NCBI GenBank assembly: GCA_040954595.2
Contig: CM082578.2
Coordinates: 11,353,166-11,417,165 of the forward strand
Direction of reading: 5' to 3'
DNA length: 64,000 nt
DNA from: Balanoglossus misakiensis
Lineage: Eukaryota; Animalia; Hemichordata
Numbering within the stretch: the stretch's first letter is position 1; each line of letters opens with the position of its first letter. Both the position numbers and the translations under genes were made by a program. Of the stretch, positions 1-13,300 are shown in pieces. The notes beneath the pieces are model-generated. The model did no database searches, was not told where the DNA came from, and was given only the letters and a program-made list of their open reading frames with translations.

Positions 1-46
1 ATAGTCTCAATATATTAATCACACTCTATTGCATTCTACAGTCACA

Positions 47-3000
47 ATGCCAAGGAAAGATTATGATGATCGGCAGGGGCCGCTCATCTACCATGTATCA
101 AGACGTGTGTACTCGGAGAGCAAATTTCATGAAGGTTATCAGGCACCGTCCAGGGATCAACCCACCCTGCTTCAGCGCGCCGGCAAATACGTCAAAAAGC
201 AGTGCATGTGTTCTCCTTCGTGTCTGAAGAACTTCGTTCTGTCCAAAATACCGATTCTCGATTGGTTGCCCAAGTATCAGATCCGAGAGGATTTACTTGG
301 CGACGTTCTTGCTGGATTTACCGTGGCGGTCATGAACATACCTCAGAGTAAGTCTCCATGATATGTCCCTACCTGTTGATACAGCACAAGTTACCTGTCC
401 ATCACCATGCATCATCAAAATTGTATCGACAGGTTAATTGTCGATCGTCATTGGCTCATCATATTGCCTAAGATGGCATTTAACATTGGGATAGGTGATT
501 GTATACACACGTGTGTGTCATTGCACAGTGTGAATTTGCATATTGTTGACTCCTAGCTGCTTCTTTTTCATTACAGGTATGGCGTTTTCCCTGCTGGCTA
601 ACGTGTCTCCGATCTCAGGTCTCTGTGTGTCCTTTTTCCCGGTCTTGGTCTATGCATTCTTTGGTACGTGCAGACACATGGACTTCGGTGAGCATGACAT
701 ATAATGTTTGCTGTCTGGCGAGGGATGCTTTTCCCTCTCTTGTATGTTTAGTCACAGTCACACGATCAGTTAAGTTTACAACGATCATGACCAGAGTGAA
801 ATTGCATGATGCTGCAGAGTTGGATCCATGTGTCTTGATGAAAAGAGGAAGTATGTACAAATGTGGCCGCGCGTATTATCATTTCACTTGAAGTACATTC
901 TGCTCTTGTAGGTACATTCGGAGTTGCCAGTCTGATGTCAGGGTCGGCCATCGTCAGAGTAGTGGGTCCACCACCTCCGGAGGAGCCAACAATGTCCGTC
1001 AACGTCTCTGCTGTGTTCCACAATATCAGCAATTCAACTGAAGATGGTGGTGGTGGTGGTGGTGGTATGGACAGAGAATTTGATTACGAATATGAGAAGC
1101 TGTTGGCAACAGCGGCATTGACCTTGATGGTTGGATTAATACAGGTCAGCGAACCAGATATATAAATTGGGTAATTTTTGGCTGCCTGACAACAGGACAA
1201 ACCAAGCAAAAATGCAGAGGTTTTACAAAACTGCCAGTATTTTAAACTGTCGTTTTCTGTCACTCAGATTATTTTATATCTGCTGCACATGGGTTTTGTG
1301 ACTGTGTACTTGTCGACTCCATTAGTGAGAGGGTTCACGACGGGTGCAGCCTGTCACATCTTTACAAGTCAAATCAAGTACCTGTTTGGATTGGCACCCT
1401 ACATTCCACTCTACTCGGGACCTTTCGCTTTGGTTTATGTAAGTACAAAAAAACTAACACTGAGTAGAGACAGAGATGTACAGATACGGTATTGGTCATC
1501 TGTTTTGATTGACATCTTGACCATGGTTAATTGGAATGTTCTTGAGGACATTGCAATTATCTCATCACTGTGTGATTACAACACACACCAAGACTAGTGT
1601 CCGTATCAGACACGCAGTCAACTTTGGCTAACATGATGACGTGATTGCAGTCTTCAAAGAAAAGTATGAATTGAGATAGCCTGTGACATCTGCTCTTCCC
1701 CTGCTGTGCTCTCCATGGGAAGAAGGGGGTAGTGGAGTGAAAGCAACTGTGCAATAGTGTTCAGTCTTGTGAGTATACATTGTGCAGTGCTAATTCTGTC
1801 TCAAATCTGTCACATGGCACCTCTTTCAGACGTACATCGCCATCTTCAAGAACATTCCAAACTGCAACTACGTTGAAGTGCTTCTGTCCCTGAGCTGCGT
1901 CGTGGCGCTCGCCTCCTGTAACTACCTCGCCGAGACATACCGGAAAAAGATCCGGTTCACGGTGCCCACAGATTTGTTGGTCGTCATCGTCGCAACGGGG
2001 ATATCGTACTCCATGGACCTTGCAGAAAACCACAGTGTGGACATCGCTGGCGACATTCCCACCGGGTGAGTTGCGGTGTCTGATTTAATACTAGGAGGGA
2101 TGTGACAGCGAGTTCCAATACAGAGCTAGTCTGTGAAGGATGATTTCAAAGCAAGGTGACACGGAATTTCCATTATGCAAAACATTAGCTTTTACGAAGA
2201 AAATGCATTGTCATAGTCAGTCTGTCAGTCAGACAATCAAATAATCAATCAATCGAGCAAGCAAGCAAGCAAATTTCATCAGTTATCAATCATTTTGTTC
2301 GTGACCCTTGAACCCAAGTTGGACGAAAAACATCTGAATGACATCATTAGGTAACCGGGGGTCAAAATCTCAGTAATAGACATAATGATTTCCAATCACT
2401 TTCTCTTTCTTAAACTTTGTGCACACAGCATACCAGCACCAGTGATACCACCTGGTAAATACGTGGTTGCCCTGATTGGAGACGCATTTGCAATTGCCAT
2501 CGTTATATTTTCTGTGTCTGTTTCCATGGCAACCATTTTTGCAAAGAAACACGACTATGAAGTTGACTCTAACCAGGTGAGTTGCGTGAAGTTTTTGAGT
2601 TCATAGATTTGTGTTGGATCTGTAATTCATATTTGTTGGGAACGAAATTGAGAATTCACAAAATATCTGCCAAGGTCTGCCCTGAAATTTGTATGGAATA
2701 CTTGTGAGCTTCCCAGGATGGAAATGAAGACAATTTGTATTGGTCAACATCATCCCCCAAAGAAAACATTAATTTTCACATGATAGTACAATTTTTGAAT
2801 AAAGCTATGACCCTCAGTGCTCTGTTTATCTTGCAGGAACTGCTAGCCTATGGCCTGGCAAATTTTATCAGTTCATTTTTCACCTGTTTTGCTTCGTCAT
2901 GTTCTCTGTCCCGAACGTTGATCAAAGAAAGCAGTGGTGGCAAAACCCAGGTGAGTCAGCCATCTTTAAAATGACAAAATCTACAGATACTTTTTCTATA

Positions 3001-5240
3001 CCAACACTGGGGTTGTCAAACCAGTGTTCTCCTATAAATGAGATTAAATTGTGTTGCTTCATCTAGTTCCATTTACTTTTACAAGCAATCATTTTGTCTT
3101 ATCTAAGTGGTGAATGTTTACTGAATTATGAATGGTATTAATTCATGTGAGTTTTTTTTTACAGATGACGGCAATAGTGAACTGCATTGGAATACTGATA
3201 GTTATATTGGCCTTAGGCCCATTGTTTGAATCATTGCCAAAGGTAACAATAACAATCCTCCCTTGAAACATTGAGAATGTTTAGAATTTCTCCAAACTGT
3301 TACTGCATGAACACTGCAAATCAGTTTGCCAAAAGTAAAGTTTATTCTGTAACGTCTTCGTGACTACTAGCATCACCATGTGTGCAGGATGTTTTAGGCT
3401 AATCTTAGCTCACTCATTCATTTCTTTTCTATCTCCATTACTGACCAGGCAGTATTAGCATCCATCATACTGGTTGCTCTAAAGGGATTATTTAAGCAAG
3501 TTGCTGACTTGCCTGTGCTGTGGAGAACGTCCAAAGTGGATTTCGTGAGTGAAAAGTCATCAATTTCTCTGAGAATTTATACTTCTGTGGACTCCCTCGG
3601 TAGTTTTGAGAACACTTTGAAATTTGACCTTGATCAGCTTCTGGGAAAAGTTGGGAACCATGAGTAAATCAACCCAATAAAAAGTCCAGGAAATTTATCA
3701 TGAGATTGGTGTGTGACTCTGCTGATCGTGTTTTCTGTCACTTCTGCAGTGGGTGTGGATTGTCACAATCTCGGGGACTGTTCTGTTGGGCGTGGACCTG
3801 GGTTTGGGTGTTGGAGTTCTCTTTGCTATTTTCATGGTCATTCTGCGAACACAGAGACCCAATGTGACTGTGGCTGGGAATATTCCAAATACAGATATCT
3901 ACAGAGATGTTGATGGTTATAAGGTGAGCTGAGACACAGTTGGAATGTGGTGCTGTAGGTGGACGTTAATTGCTAACGTTTCTGCGAAATGATCAGCCCG
4001 AAAAAAATGTGGATTGTCATATGATAATGACGTCACTTAGACCCATGATATGATTTTCTGAAACAAGTATAGAATACATGGGTGTGTTTGTAGAGCTCTC
4101 TGATTGTCATGGAACATGCATCCTAATAAAAAAATATTCAATATGCTAATTAGTTGGAAATCCTGCCCATGATTGGTCAAAAGCTGATCACATGTCACTG
4201 GTATCTTCTATCCCACACACAGTCCAAGGAAATCAATGGAATCAAAATCATATCCAGCGATTCGACGCTGTACTACGTGAACTGCGAGTTCTTCAAAAAC
4301 AGGGTCAACAAACTGACGGGCGTCAACCCGATCACTCTCCACGCAAGCAGACAGAAACTGCAGAACAAGATCAGAAAGCAGGAAGAGAAGAGACGGAGGG
4401 AAGACAGATCCGGCCGTGGGAGAGACAAGAAAAATGATGTGAGATTTGCTTCTTGCCGACGTTTTTTTTTTCAGTTGGTTATGTCACAGCTGGGCAGTTC
4501 TTCAATGATATGTTTATCAAGATTTCTTGTAAATACAGGGGATAAAAGCGAGAGGTCACTTTTTGGACTAAAGGAGATTTATAACCATTTTAATATATGA
4601 TACACATAAAGTGAAGATTAAAAAGGTCTGTGACCTGTAGATACCGATTGTGTCTTTTTTTCCAGGAGAGTGTGGAGATTGCAATGGAAGTGCAGAGAGA
4701 TGCATCCACCTACAAAGAGTTGATGCATCCAGAGGCTGAAGATCTCCACACAATCATCGTCGATTGCGGAAATTTCAATTTCATTGACGTCAATGGTGTG
4801 AACACGCTGACCGCTTTGGCCACTGACTATCAGAAGATTGGCGTCACGGTCTTGTTGGCAGACTGCCAAGGTAAGAGATCTTGAGACTTATATTTTTCAG
4901 CGTGAGAACCAGTGGTTTTCCTGGTGAGAAGATAATCTCATATTGTATGATCCAGAAAGTAGTTCACTGTGGATAGATTCTCTGATGATTTCATGTTACA
5001 TTTCAGACAACGTGAAGGAAACTTTGGAGAAGAGTGGTTACTTTGACAACTTGAAAACTGAAGACGGACCATCTGAGTTGTTGTTTGTGACTGTACATGA
5101 TGCTATCCTCTACGCTCAAGCTTATCAAGAAAAAATGGTAAGTGAATCAATTGAATTGCCTTTCACTATGCATTGCGTACAAATTGTTCCAGAAATAATT
5201 TTTTTTTCATTTCATTCTCTTTCAGAATTCCCAGAGATAA
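47..5240 (+). CDS. SLC26: SLC26/prestin-like sulfate/anion transporter with STAS domain, paralog A (14 coding exons)
   Basis: Exons with GT-AG boundaries and continuous frame: 47-347, 577-687, 912-1144, 1268-1438, 1830-2065, 2429-2576, 2837-2950, 3165-3242, 3449-3544, 3750-3923, 4223-4438, 4666-4870, 5007-5137, 5226-5240 (NSQR*). SLC26 motifs: [62 protein letters not shown]; [20 protein letters not shown] and LFVTVHDAI. Family-level call; the last exon is the least certain. Confidence 0.93.
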
Positions 5241-7363
5241 ACACTATTGGTGCATCAACAGTTTTCAAGTCCACCAAGAATTTTACGTGCTTTTTTACCA
5301 TTTTCATTTACAACTATACAGACTCCCTGACTGGATTTTATATATGAAATTCCAAATCATAGAATTAATCTGAAATTTGAAGTTTAATTTTAAGAACAGA
5401 GGGGGAACAGAGGCTTAAACGTATTGTACTAATATTTTTCGACATTTTTTGTGACATTCCGCAGTGTTCCTTATCCATCTGCAGTACTTTGTCTTTTGGA
5501 CATAAGCATACTTTCTAACAAAACAGTATTCTACCTGGTTACCATGTGTATGCCAGTGCTTTCTGTAAAAAAAATTTTATCAACCCAAATAAATAAATAA
5601 TGTTTGAATAACATTTCCTGTGGTTGAGTGATTTTCTAGACGGTAGAAATTTTGGTCCTATGATATACGTTGATTATCTTATGTAATTATTTGGAAGTGA
5701 CATCAAACCTTCGTAAACAAATTCTCTTCTTTCATTTGGCCCAAATCGCCCGAGGACACTCCTGTACTGGTATGCCGCGGTAGTATATAACCTCCAAAAA
5801 CAAAGGACTACGAAGTTACGACACAGAGGGCACTATGCAAACCCTTGCCACGAATGTCTCTTCGAGATGGAAAATTTATCTGAGATATGTACTCTAATTA
5901 GTGATGTGAATCTTTAAAGGATCAGAAGTCTATCATCCGAAATTTACAATTGGAATTGTATTTCAGTCAGTAAACAGAAAAACCCTAACATGACAGGTTA
6001 CATCGCCTATGACTCTGTGTGACTAAAACTAGTGGGCATGCAGCAGGCCAAGATACTGCTGCTTTGTGGCATCTACTCATCACATACAACAGTAAATGTT
6101 TTACTGAAAGCATGATGGTAGGAGATCCACCTCACTGCTTATTAAAATGCACGACATTAGGTTTTAAATTTTTATTAAAATTTGTTAGTAAAAAATCAAT
6201 GAATGTATTGAAAAAAAAAGAAACACATGGTCCCAAAATTTAGTAATACATGTACTAGTACTGTCATTGGCTATGAAATTTTTAAAATTCCATAAGTTAC
6301 CTCAGTACTGGAGGAACACCCACTCTAGTTAATTCAATATTCACCATGTAACATACACAACCAAGAAACAAGCAGACAACACATAAAAAAGCTTCATGAC
6401 ATCATACCCAACTGACACCAAAGAAAACTCCAACCTGCAGTGAGATCTTCAGCAAAGTCTCAAGCGTACCAGCCATACTGCCAGTCCCCCCCCCCCCCAT
6501 AGAATGATTCTTTAGTTCTGTCCAAGGCACTGTCACTGTAAGACACTGTATTGCCTTTCTCTGAACAAAGGCACTAAAAGGTCTGCAAAATAAGAATTTC
6601 TTTTTCTTTTATCTTAAAAAAGTACCGAAAACTTTTCCATCCAAATAACTTTACTTGCAAGATTTTTTTCCAACTGATCAGTCATTCTGAATATAAGAGA
6701 TTGTGTTTACTAGTACAATGTATGACCATTGCACATTATCCACTACATATAGATTAAAATAAAAGAAAGTCTGTTTTTATCTGGAATATTAGAATGTTTA
6801 AGAAAAATAAAAGCAGATAAGCAGATCTTGACTGCATGTATATGAAAATAATCACAAAATGTATGTGTGTGTTAGGAAGTATAAATGTACATGTACTTTA
6901 AAAAGCCATTGAAGTTGACTGATATTTTGATTTTTTGTTTAAATGGTTTAACCCTGTGTTGTGTATCATAGCACATCATTTTTCGTCCCTGACAAATATG
7001 ATAAATTTGTAAATACTTTGCATAATATACATAATGACCACCTGCACAGAATAGCACACAAGAGAGGAATCCACCAATCATACGTGAGAGTGTAATGATA
7101 GTACAGTAATGTGTGACTGTATTAATAATTGTAGTTAATAAATTGTCTTTCCCACAGAATGACAGTCAACATGGCTGTGCAATCTGTTAAGAGATGACTG
7201 GTAAACTGGAGAACGGGACCCCTGTGTATGTAATTCATCCCCAAAATCCCCCAACCATCTTTGTATAGTTCCTCAGCGAAGGCTGCAAAGAGCTTGTGTG
7301 CAAACCCACAGTAAATTCTGGTGAAAGTTTGGGTATCTCCAGTCATTTGTATCTTCCAACCAC

Positions 7364-10300
7364 TTATATTTTAGTGGTTTCAGTCATCTTGTTGACTGAA
7401 CTCTTGACCTGAAAAAGACAAAGATAATTCCTGAGTGGTCAGTATTTTCCACGTCGACTTCAAGAAGATATCACTCCAGTTTACAGATCGGGTCAATCTG
7501 GGCTGATACCCAACATTGGCATCGTAAAACACTGCCCCAGTACTATATATATCAACATGCTTCTTTTCCCACCTAGAGTAAATCCTCTGAACCCCACTGA
7601 TGTTTTCATCTGTTAATCTCCTGTTGACATCTTTCTAAGTTCACACTTACCAGAATTATAATGTATCCTTTGTAATAAATTAGCACGGGAAGAAAAAAAC
7701 AAAATACTAAGTGAGATACTGATCCACATTGACAGAATTTCTCTTAACAGTCAGTTTTGAAATTTATGGTTTAATTTGATGGTTTAATTTGAATATTAAG
7801 TGATTTACTATAAATTGCACCATTTCTAGTACATGTATTTATTTATATTTTATTTTCACTTTATGGTATTAGATGTCAAAATATGCATGACAATGTGTGT
7901 ATGTGGCAGAGGAGAGATGGGAACAGTGACCTGGATACAGAAGTATACCAAGCCTGACTATATATAGTTGGGGTGAGGATGGTAGACTGATTTATGTATG
8001 ATTGCCCCATGGCAGGTACACTATCACCTATTTTTCATGTGTGTGCAAACAATGGAAAAGGCACAGGTTGTGAGTGTCGTGTCTGACTTTCAAACCTGAT
8101 GAAGACAAATGACCAAATTATTATTCTGCACCTGCCAAATACCAGGAGACCGTTTTTCACGCTTAATTCAAAAAGTACAGTGCCCAGGGTGTTTCTAAAA
8201 AGGTGTCTCAATTTATTACGGCAGTAGAAGACAAACAATGCACCCTTGCTCTACAGAGCCACTGGTCGATACAAGAGACCTTCAGAAGCAAAGTATCACA
8301 AACATTCCATCTGCATAAGATTCGCTGTCACCATAAAATCATTTCCTCAAGAGGTTAAGAGACAAGGATAGTGGTATCACCGGCTTAAATGAACCACTCC
8401 AATGGAATGAAAACTGCATCCATCTAGAATTGATACTGTCGTTAAGTTTGTATGGTCAGGTTGTTCAAATTATTTTGTCCTGTACTATTTTTGAAAAGCA
8501 TGTTACTTGAACTCACACAATTTTTTTGTTTGGCCTACACCCACAATGGTTAACTTACAGTTTCTTCCTGATGTGCCTGGGCGTAGAGGATGGCATCATG
8601 TACAGTCACAAATAACAACTCAGACGGCCCGTCTTCAGTTTTCACGTTGTCAAAGTAACCGCACTTCTCCAAAGTTTCCTTCACGTTGTCTGAAATGTAA
8701 CATGAAATCATCAGAGAATCTATCCACAGTGAACTACTTTCTGGATCATACAATATGAGATTATCTTCTCACCATGCAAACCACAGGTTCTCACGCTGAA
8801 AAATATCAGTCTCAAGATCTCTTACCTTGGCAGTCTGCCAACAAGACCGTGACGCCGATCTTCTGATAGTCAGTGGCCAAAGCGGTCAGCGTGTTCACAC
8901 CATTGACGTCAATGAAATTGAAATTTCCGCAGTCGACGATGATTGTGTGGAGATCACCAACCTCTGGGAGATTCAAGACTGTTCCAACAGTGTCGTTGGA
9001 TTGTTGACTCTTCACGATATCATCACTTTCCTGAAATCAAAAAGTTATACGTTCATAATTTGATGGTAAGCTGCTCATGCAAACATGAGTAACAAATTTT
9101 ATTATTATTATCCACGGCAACAAGAGTTGTCAGATAAAACTATTTCAAAGCATGTCAGCACAAATCAGAGCCAATTAAATAAATGTACAACGTTTCAGCG
9201 CAGAGCATATTGTCAGTGTTTAGTTTAGACAGGTATTATTAAATGATTATACTCACCCCGTTAATGTTTGGCTGTTGTTTTCTAGATTTCTCTTCCTCCT
9301 TGCGTCTCTTCTCTTCCTGCTTTCTGATCTTGTTCTGCAGTTTCTGTCGGCTTGCGTGGAGAGTGATCGGGTTGACGCCCGTCAGTTTGTTGACCCTGTT
9401 TTTGAAGAACTCGCAGTTCACGTAGTACAGCGTCGAATCGCTGGATATGATTTTGATTCCGTTGATTTCCTTGGACTGTGTGTGGGAGGGAAGAAATCGG
9501 TGACATGTGATGAGCTTTTGACCAATCATGGACTGGATTTCCAACTAATTATCATATTGAATATTTTTTATTAGGATGCATGTACCATGACAATCAGAGA
9601 GCTCTACAAGCACACCCATGTATTCTATACTTGTTTCAAAAAATCATATCATGGGTCTAAGTAGTTTCATTAGCATATGGCAATCCACATTTTTTTCGGG
9701 CTGATCATTTCACAGACATGTTAGCACCACCAACAGCACCACATTCCAACTGTGTCTCAGCTCACCTTATAACCATCAACATCTCTGTAGATATCTGTAT
9801 TTGGAATATTCCCAGCCACAGTCACATTGGGTCTCTGTGTTCGCAGAATGACCATGAAAATAGCAAAGAGTACTCCGACACCCAAACCCAGGTCCACGCC
9901 CAACAGAACAGTCCCCGAGATTGTGACAATCCAAACCCACTGCAGGAAAATAAAATGAAAAAAAAAACGGAAATTAATATCAGGTTAAACCATGCTGTCA
10001 ACCATGATTTATTTAAAATAATACCTTAAGACTATACCAGGGTAACTGTATTATCTAGCTGAGCACAAAAAATGGCTGATCAATGAGACATAAATTGATA
10101 TCCAAAGTTCTTTCATTCTATTTCTGGGTCTGTATGAACCCTTACAGGAACTCTGGCAGACCCATAATTTCAATTACCTTCGAATATATAAAAAAAAGCG
10201 TACAGTGAAAAGAAAAATTCATTAAACTGCAAGAATTTGAATAAAACTTACGAAATCCACTTTGGAGGTTCTCCATAAGACAGGCAGGTCGGCGCATTGT

Positions 10301-13300
10301 TTGAACATTCCTTTCAGAGCCACCACGATGATCGATGCCAGCACGGCCTGGTTGTGTTTCGAAGAAAAACAACACATTAATCAACTTTAAAAAAGTCTGT
10401 TGTATAGGGTGAAATTGTCGCCCCAGATCTGGCAATGGCTCTAGCCTGATTTAGTAGGTGAAGTACTAGTGTCTTATTTGTACCCTGGGTGGGGTTTCCA
10501 CTGATTAAATGGCCGTATAATTGACTCTCAATGAAAGTCACTGCTATACATCATTTCAAGAATTCAGATTTTGACTATAATATAGCCATGTCCAGAAGTG
10601 CGTCTTGCTGAGAAAAATATGCAAGAATTTCACTATTGATAAATTCCGGTACATAACTGAGTGTCTACTGTTAGCTATAGACCACACGTGCAATGCCAGA
10701 AGGGACGGTGACCATCGCAAACATCAAAGGAAATCCTCCACTTCAGGCCTATGTATCACGTGTCTTACGCTACAGGAGATTCTCATTGTTGTGATTATGC
10801 TAGTGCGTTAATGTCCCCCGACATCGTAGCTGTATATCATCAATCTATGGTTCCAGAGGATAATTTGATAACTATTGCATCAGAAATTATCTTACGGGCC
10901 CAGACGCTTCATCTAAAAACTCAGACACTGACAGAACAATTGCCTGGTCCCTCCTCCCACTTAGCGGCCTATGTGCAAACAAGGGTACAGGTTTCTGTAA
11001 AACCTCACCTTTGGCAGGGCTTCAAACAGTGGTCCAAGAGCCAGCAGCACAATCAATATGACAACACAGTTGACTATTTCTGCCATCTGTCATCAAGTGG
11101 AAAGAAGAGAGAGAAATATGAAAGTTAGATTTTTAATAAAATATTGTAGCATTGCACCGCTACAACTTTGAACTTTTACACAGTGCATGTGCCCCATTTT
11201 CTTTTCAGACACTAAGATTGAAAAAAATCCTCTCGAGTCGGCGATACGTTTCTGTGCTTGTCATTCTATGTGCCTGTTAATTTATATGTGAACAACAAAC
11301 AAGCACAATCTTTACACCCCTTCAAGAGTTTAAATATGGCAATCCCGAAAATACAACAAAGAAGAATTTAATTTTAGCCACCTGTGTTTGTTCAAAAAGT
11401 TTCATACCCAATGTCCGAGTGATAAATGAGTAAGCAAAGAGAAAATTATGTCATTTCAAGTGTTCCACTGAAAACCTTCTTAATAAAGTAAACAAATCAG
11501 AACATTCAACCACACGATCCTGTTTTTACTTTTGAAATATTGCCCTAATATCAAGTAAACAGAACAAACGATCAATACATTATTACTTAAGATATGATAA
11601 TCATCAAATATGATGAAAAAAAATAAACTGACCAGGTGCAATGATGAAGCTCACAAATGACTTACTTGGGTTTTTCCTCCGCTGTTTTCCTGTATGAGCA
11701 TACGAGCCAATGAACAGGCAGATACAAAGCAGGAGAAAAACGAACCAATCAGGTTGGCCAAGCCATAGGCCAGCAGTTCCTGAAAGAACATGAGGGAAGG
11801 GGTTATGTTTTTGAAAATATTTCATGCTTCTCATGTTAGTGGAGTTTGTGAGCTATAACGCAACATGTCTTCAGCTTCGGGCAGGATATGAAACAATGTC
11901 TCATAACTCACACAATTCATAACAGGTACCAGTAAATCAATTTCATTGCCAACAAAACCTGATAATTAATGTGGGTCCCTATAATCCCTCCGTCAAACCC
12001 GAACAACGCGATGGGAACAACAAATGCCACGGTAAGCTGGCTCACCTGGTTGGCGTCGATTTCGTAGCTGTGCTTCTTGGCGAAGATGGTTGCCATGGAA
12101 ACCGAGACACAGAATCCGACCATGGCGATGGCGAACGCATCTCCGAAGAAGGCAGTCATGTACTTGCTGGGAGGGATGAAGGGTGGTGGGATTCTGCGAG
12201 GAGGGAATTTGCACAGTTGAAGAACTTTAAAATTCTCAGGATTTCACTGAACAGCGCAGTTATTTAGCTACATTGGAGTCTAGACTCAGGCAAAGCTTCC
12301 GACATTCAGGTCTCACGAACACTAAACAGCAATGGATTGTTTAACAACAGACCTAACTGTGATATGTCACATACACACACACACACACACACACACTGAA
12401 CTGCACAGAAATAAAATCTCATATCCTATACGATATTTGAAATATGTGCCACAGATGGGCCAGAATCTTACATGACCTGTTCAACCCCCGAAGTACTCAC
12501 CCAGTTGGAATATCCCCTGCAACATTGACCTTGTGGTCCGTCTCAAGTTTCAGGTAATAGGATATCAGCGTTGCCACAATGACCACCAGCAGCTCCACGG
12601 GTATGGTAAATCGCAGCTTGGCCCGGTACTTGTCAGCGAAGTATTTACTGATCGCAATGACAACGATGAAGCAGGCCGACAGGATGACCTCCACATAGTT
12701 GCAGTTAGGCAGGTTCTTGAAAATATCAATGTACGTCTGAAAATGAGGAGAAAACGTGCATGATTGGTGTGATTGTATTGTTGTGTGTGAAACTCAAATG
12801 AACATCAGTCAACTTCATTTTGAGGCATACAGAAGTATTGCAATATTCACGTGACTTGTACAGTATTGCACTTGACTTGACCCCCCCCACCCACCTTTCT
12901 GTCCTTACACCCCTATACCCCCATGGAGAGCACAAAGAGGGAGAACAGGAGTCACAGGAAATCTCAAGTGATTGATTTCATACTGTTCTAGATGCTGACT
13001 GCCATCATGTCATCACGTAACTAGCCAAAGTTGACTGCTTGTCTGATGGGGACACTAGTCTTGGTATGTGTTGTAGTCAGACAGTGATGAGATAATTGCA
13101 ATGTCCTCAAGAAAAATCAAATCAATACTGATCACGGTGAACGCATGATGTCAATCATTATGGAATGCGTCCAGGTACACATCACATCCATCTTCATCCG
13201 TTCTGCTTGTTAGTTTTTGTATATTTCTGTGTCTACTTAATATTCTCAGTTGTCTTTTTGTAATACTTACATAAACCAAAGCGAAAGGTCCCGAGTAGAG

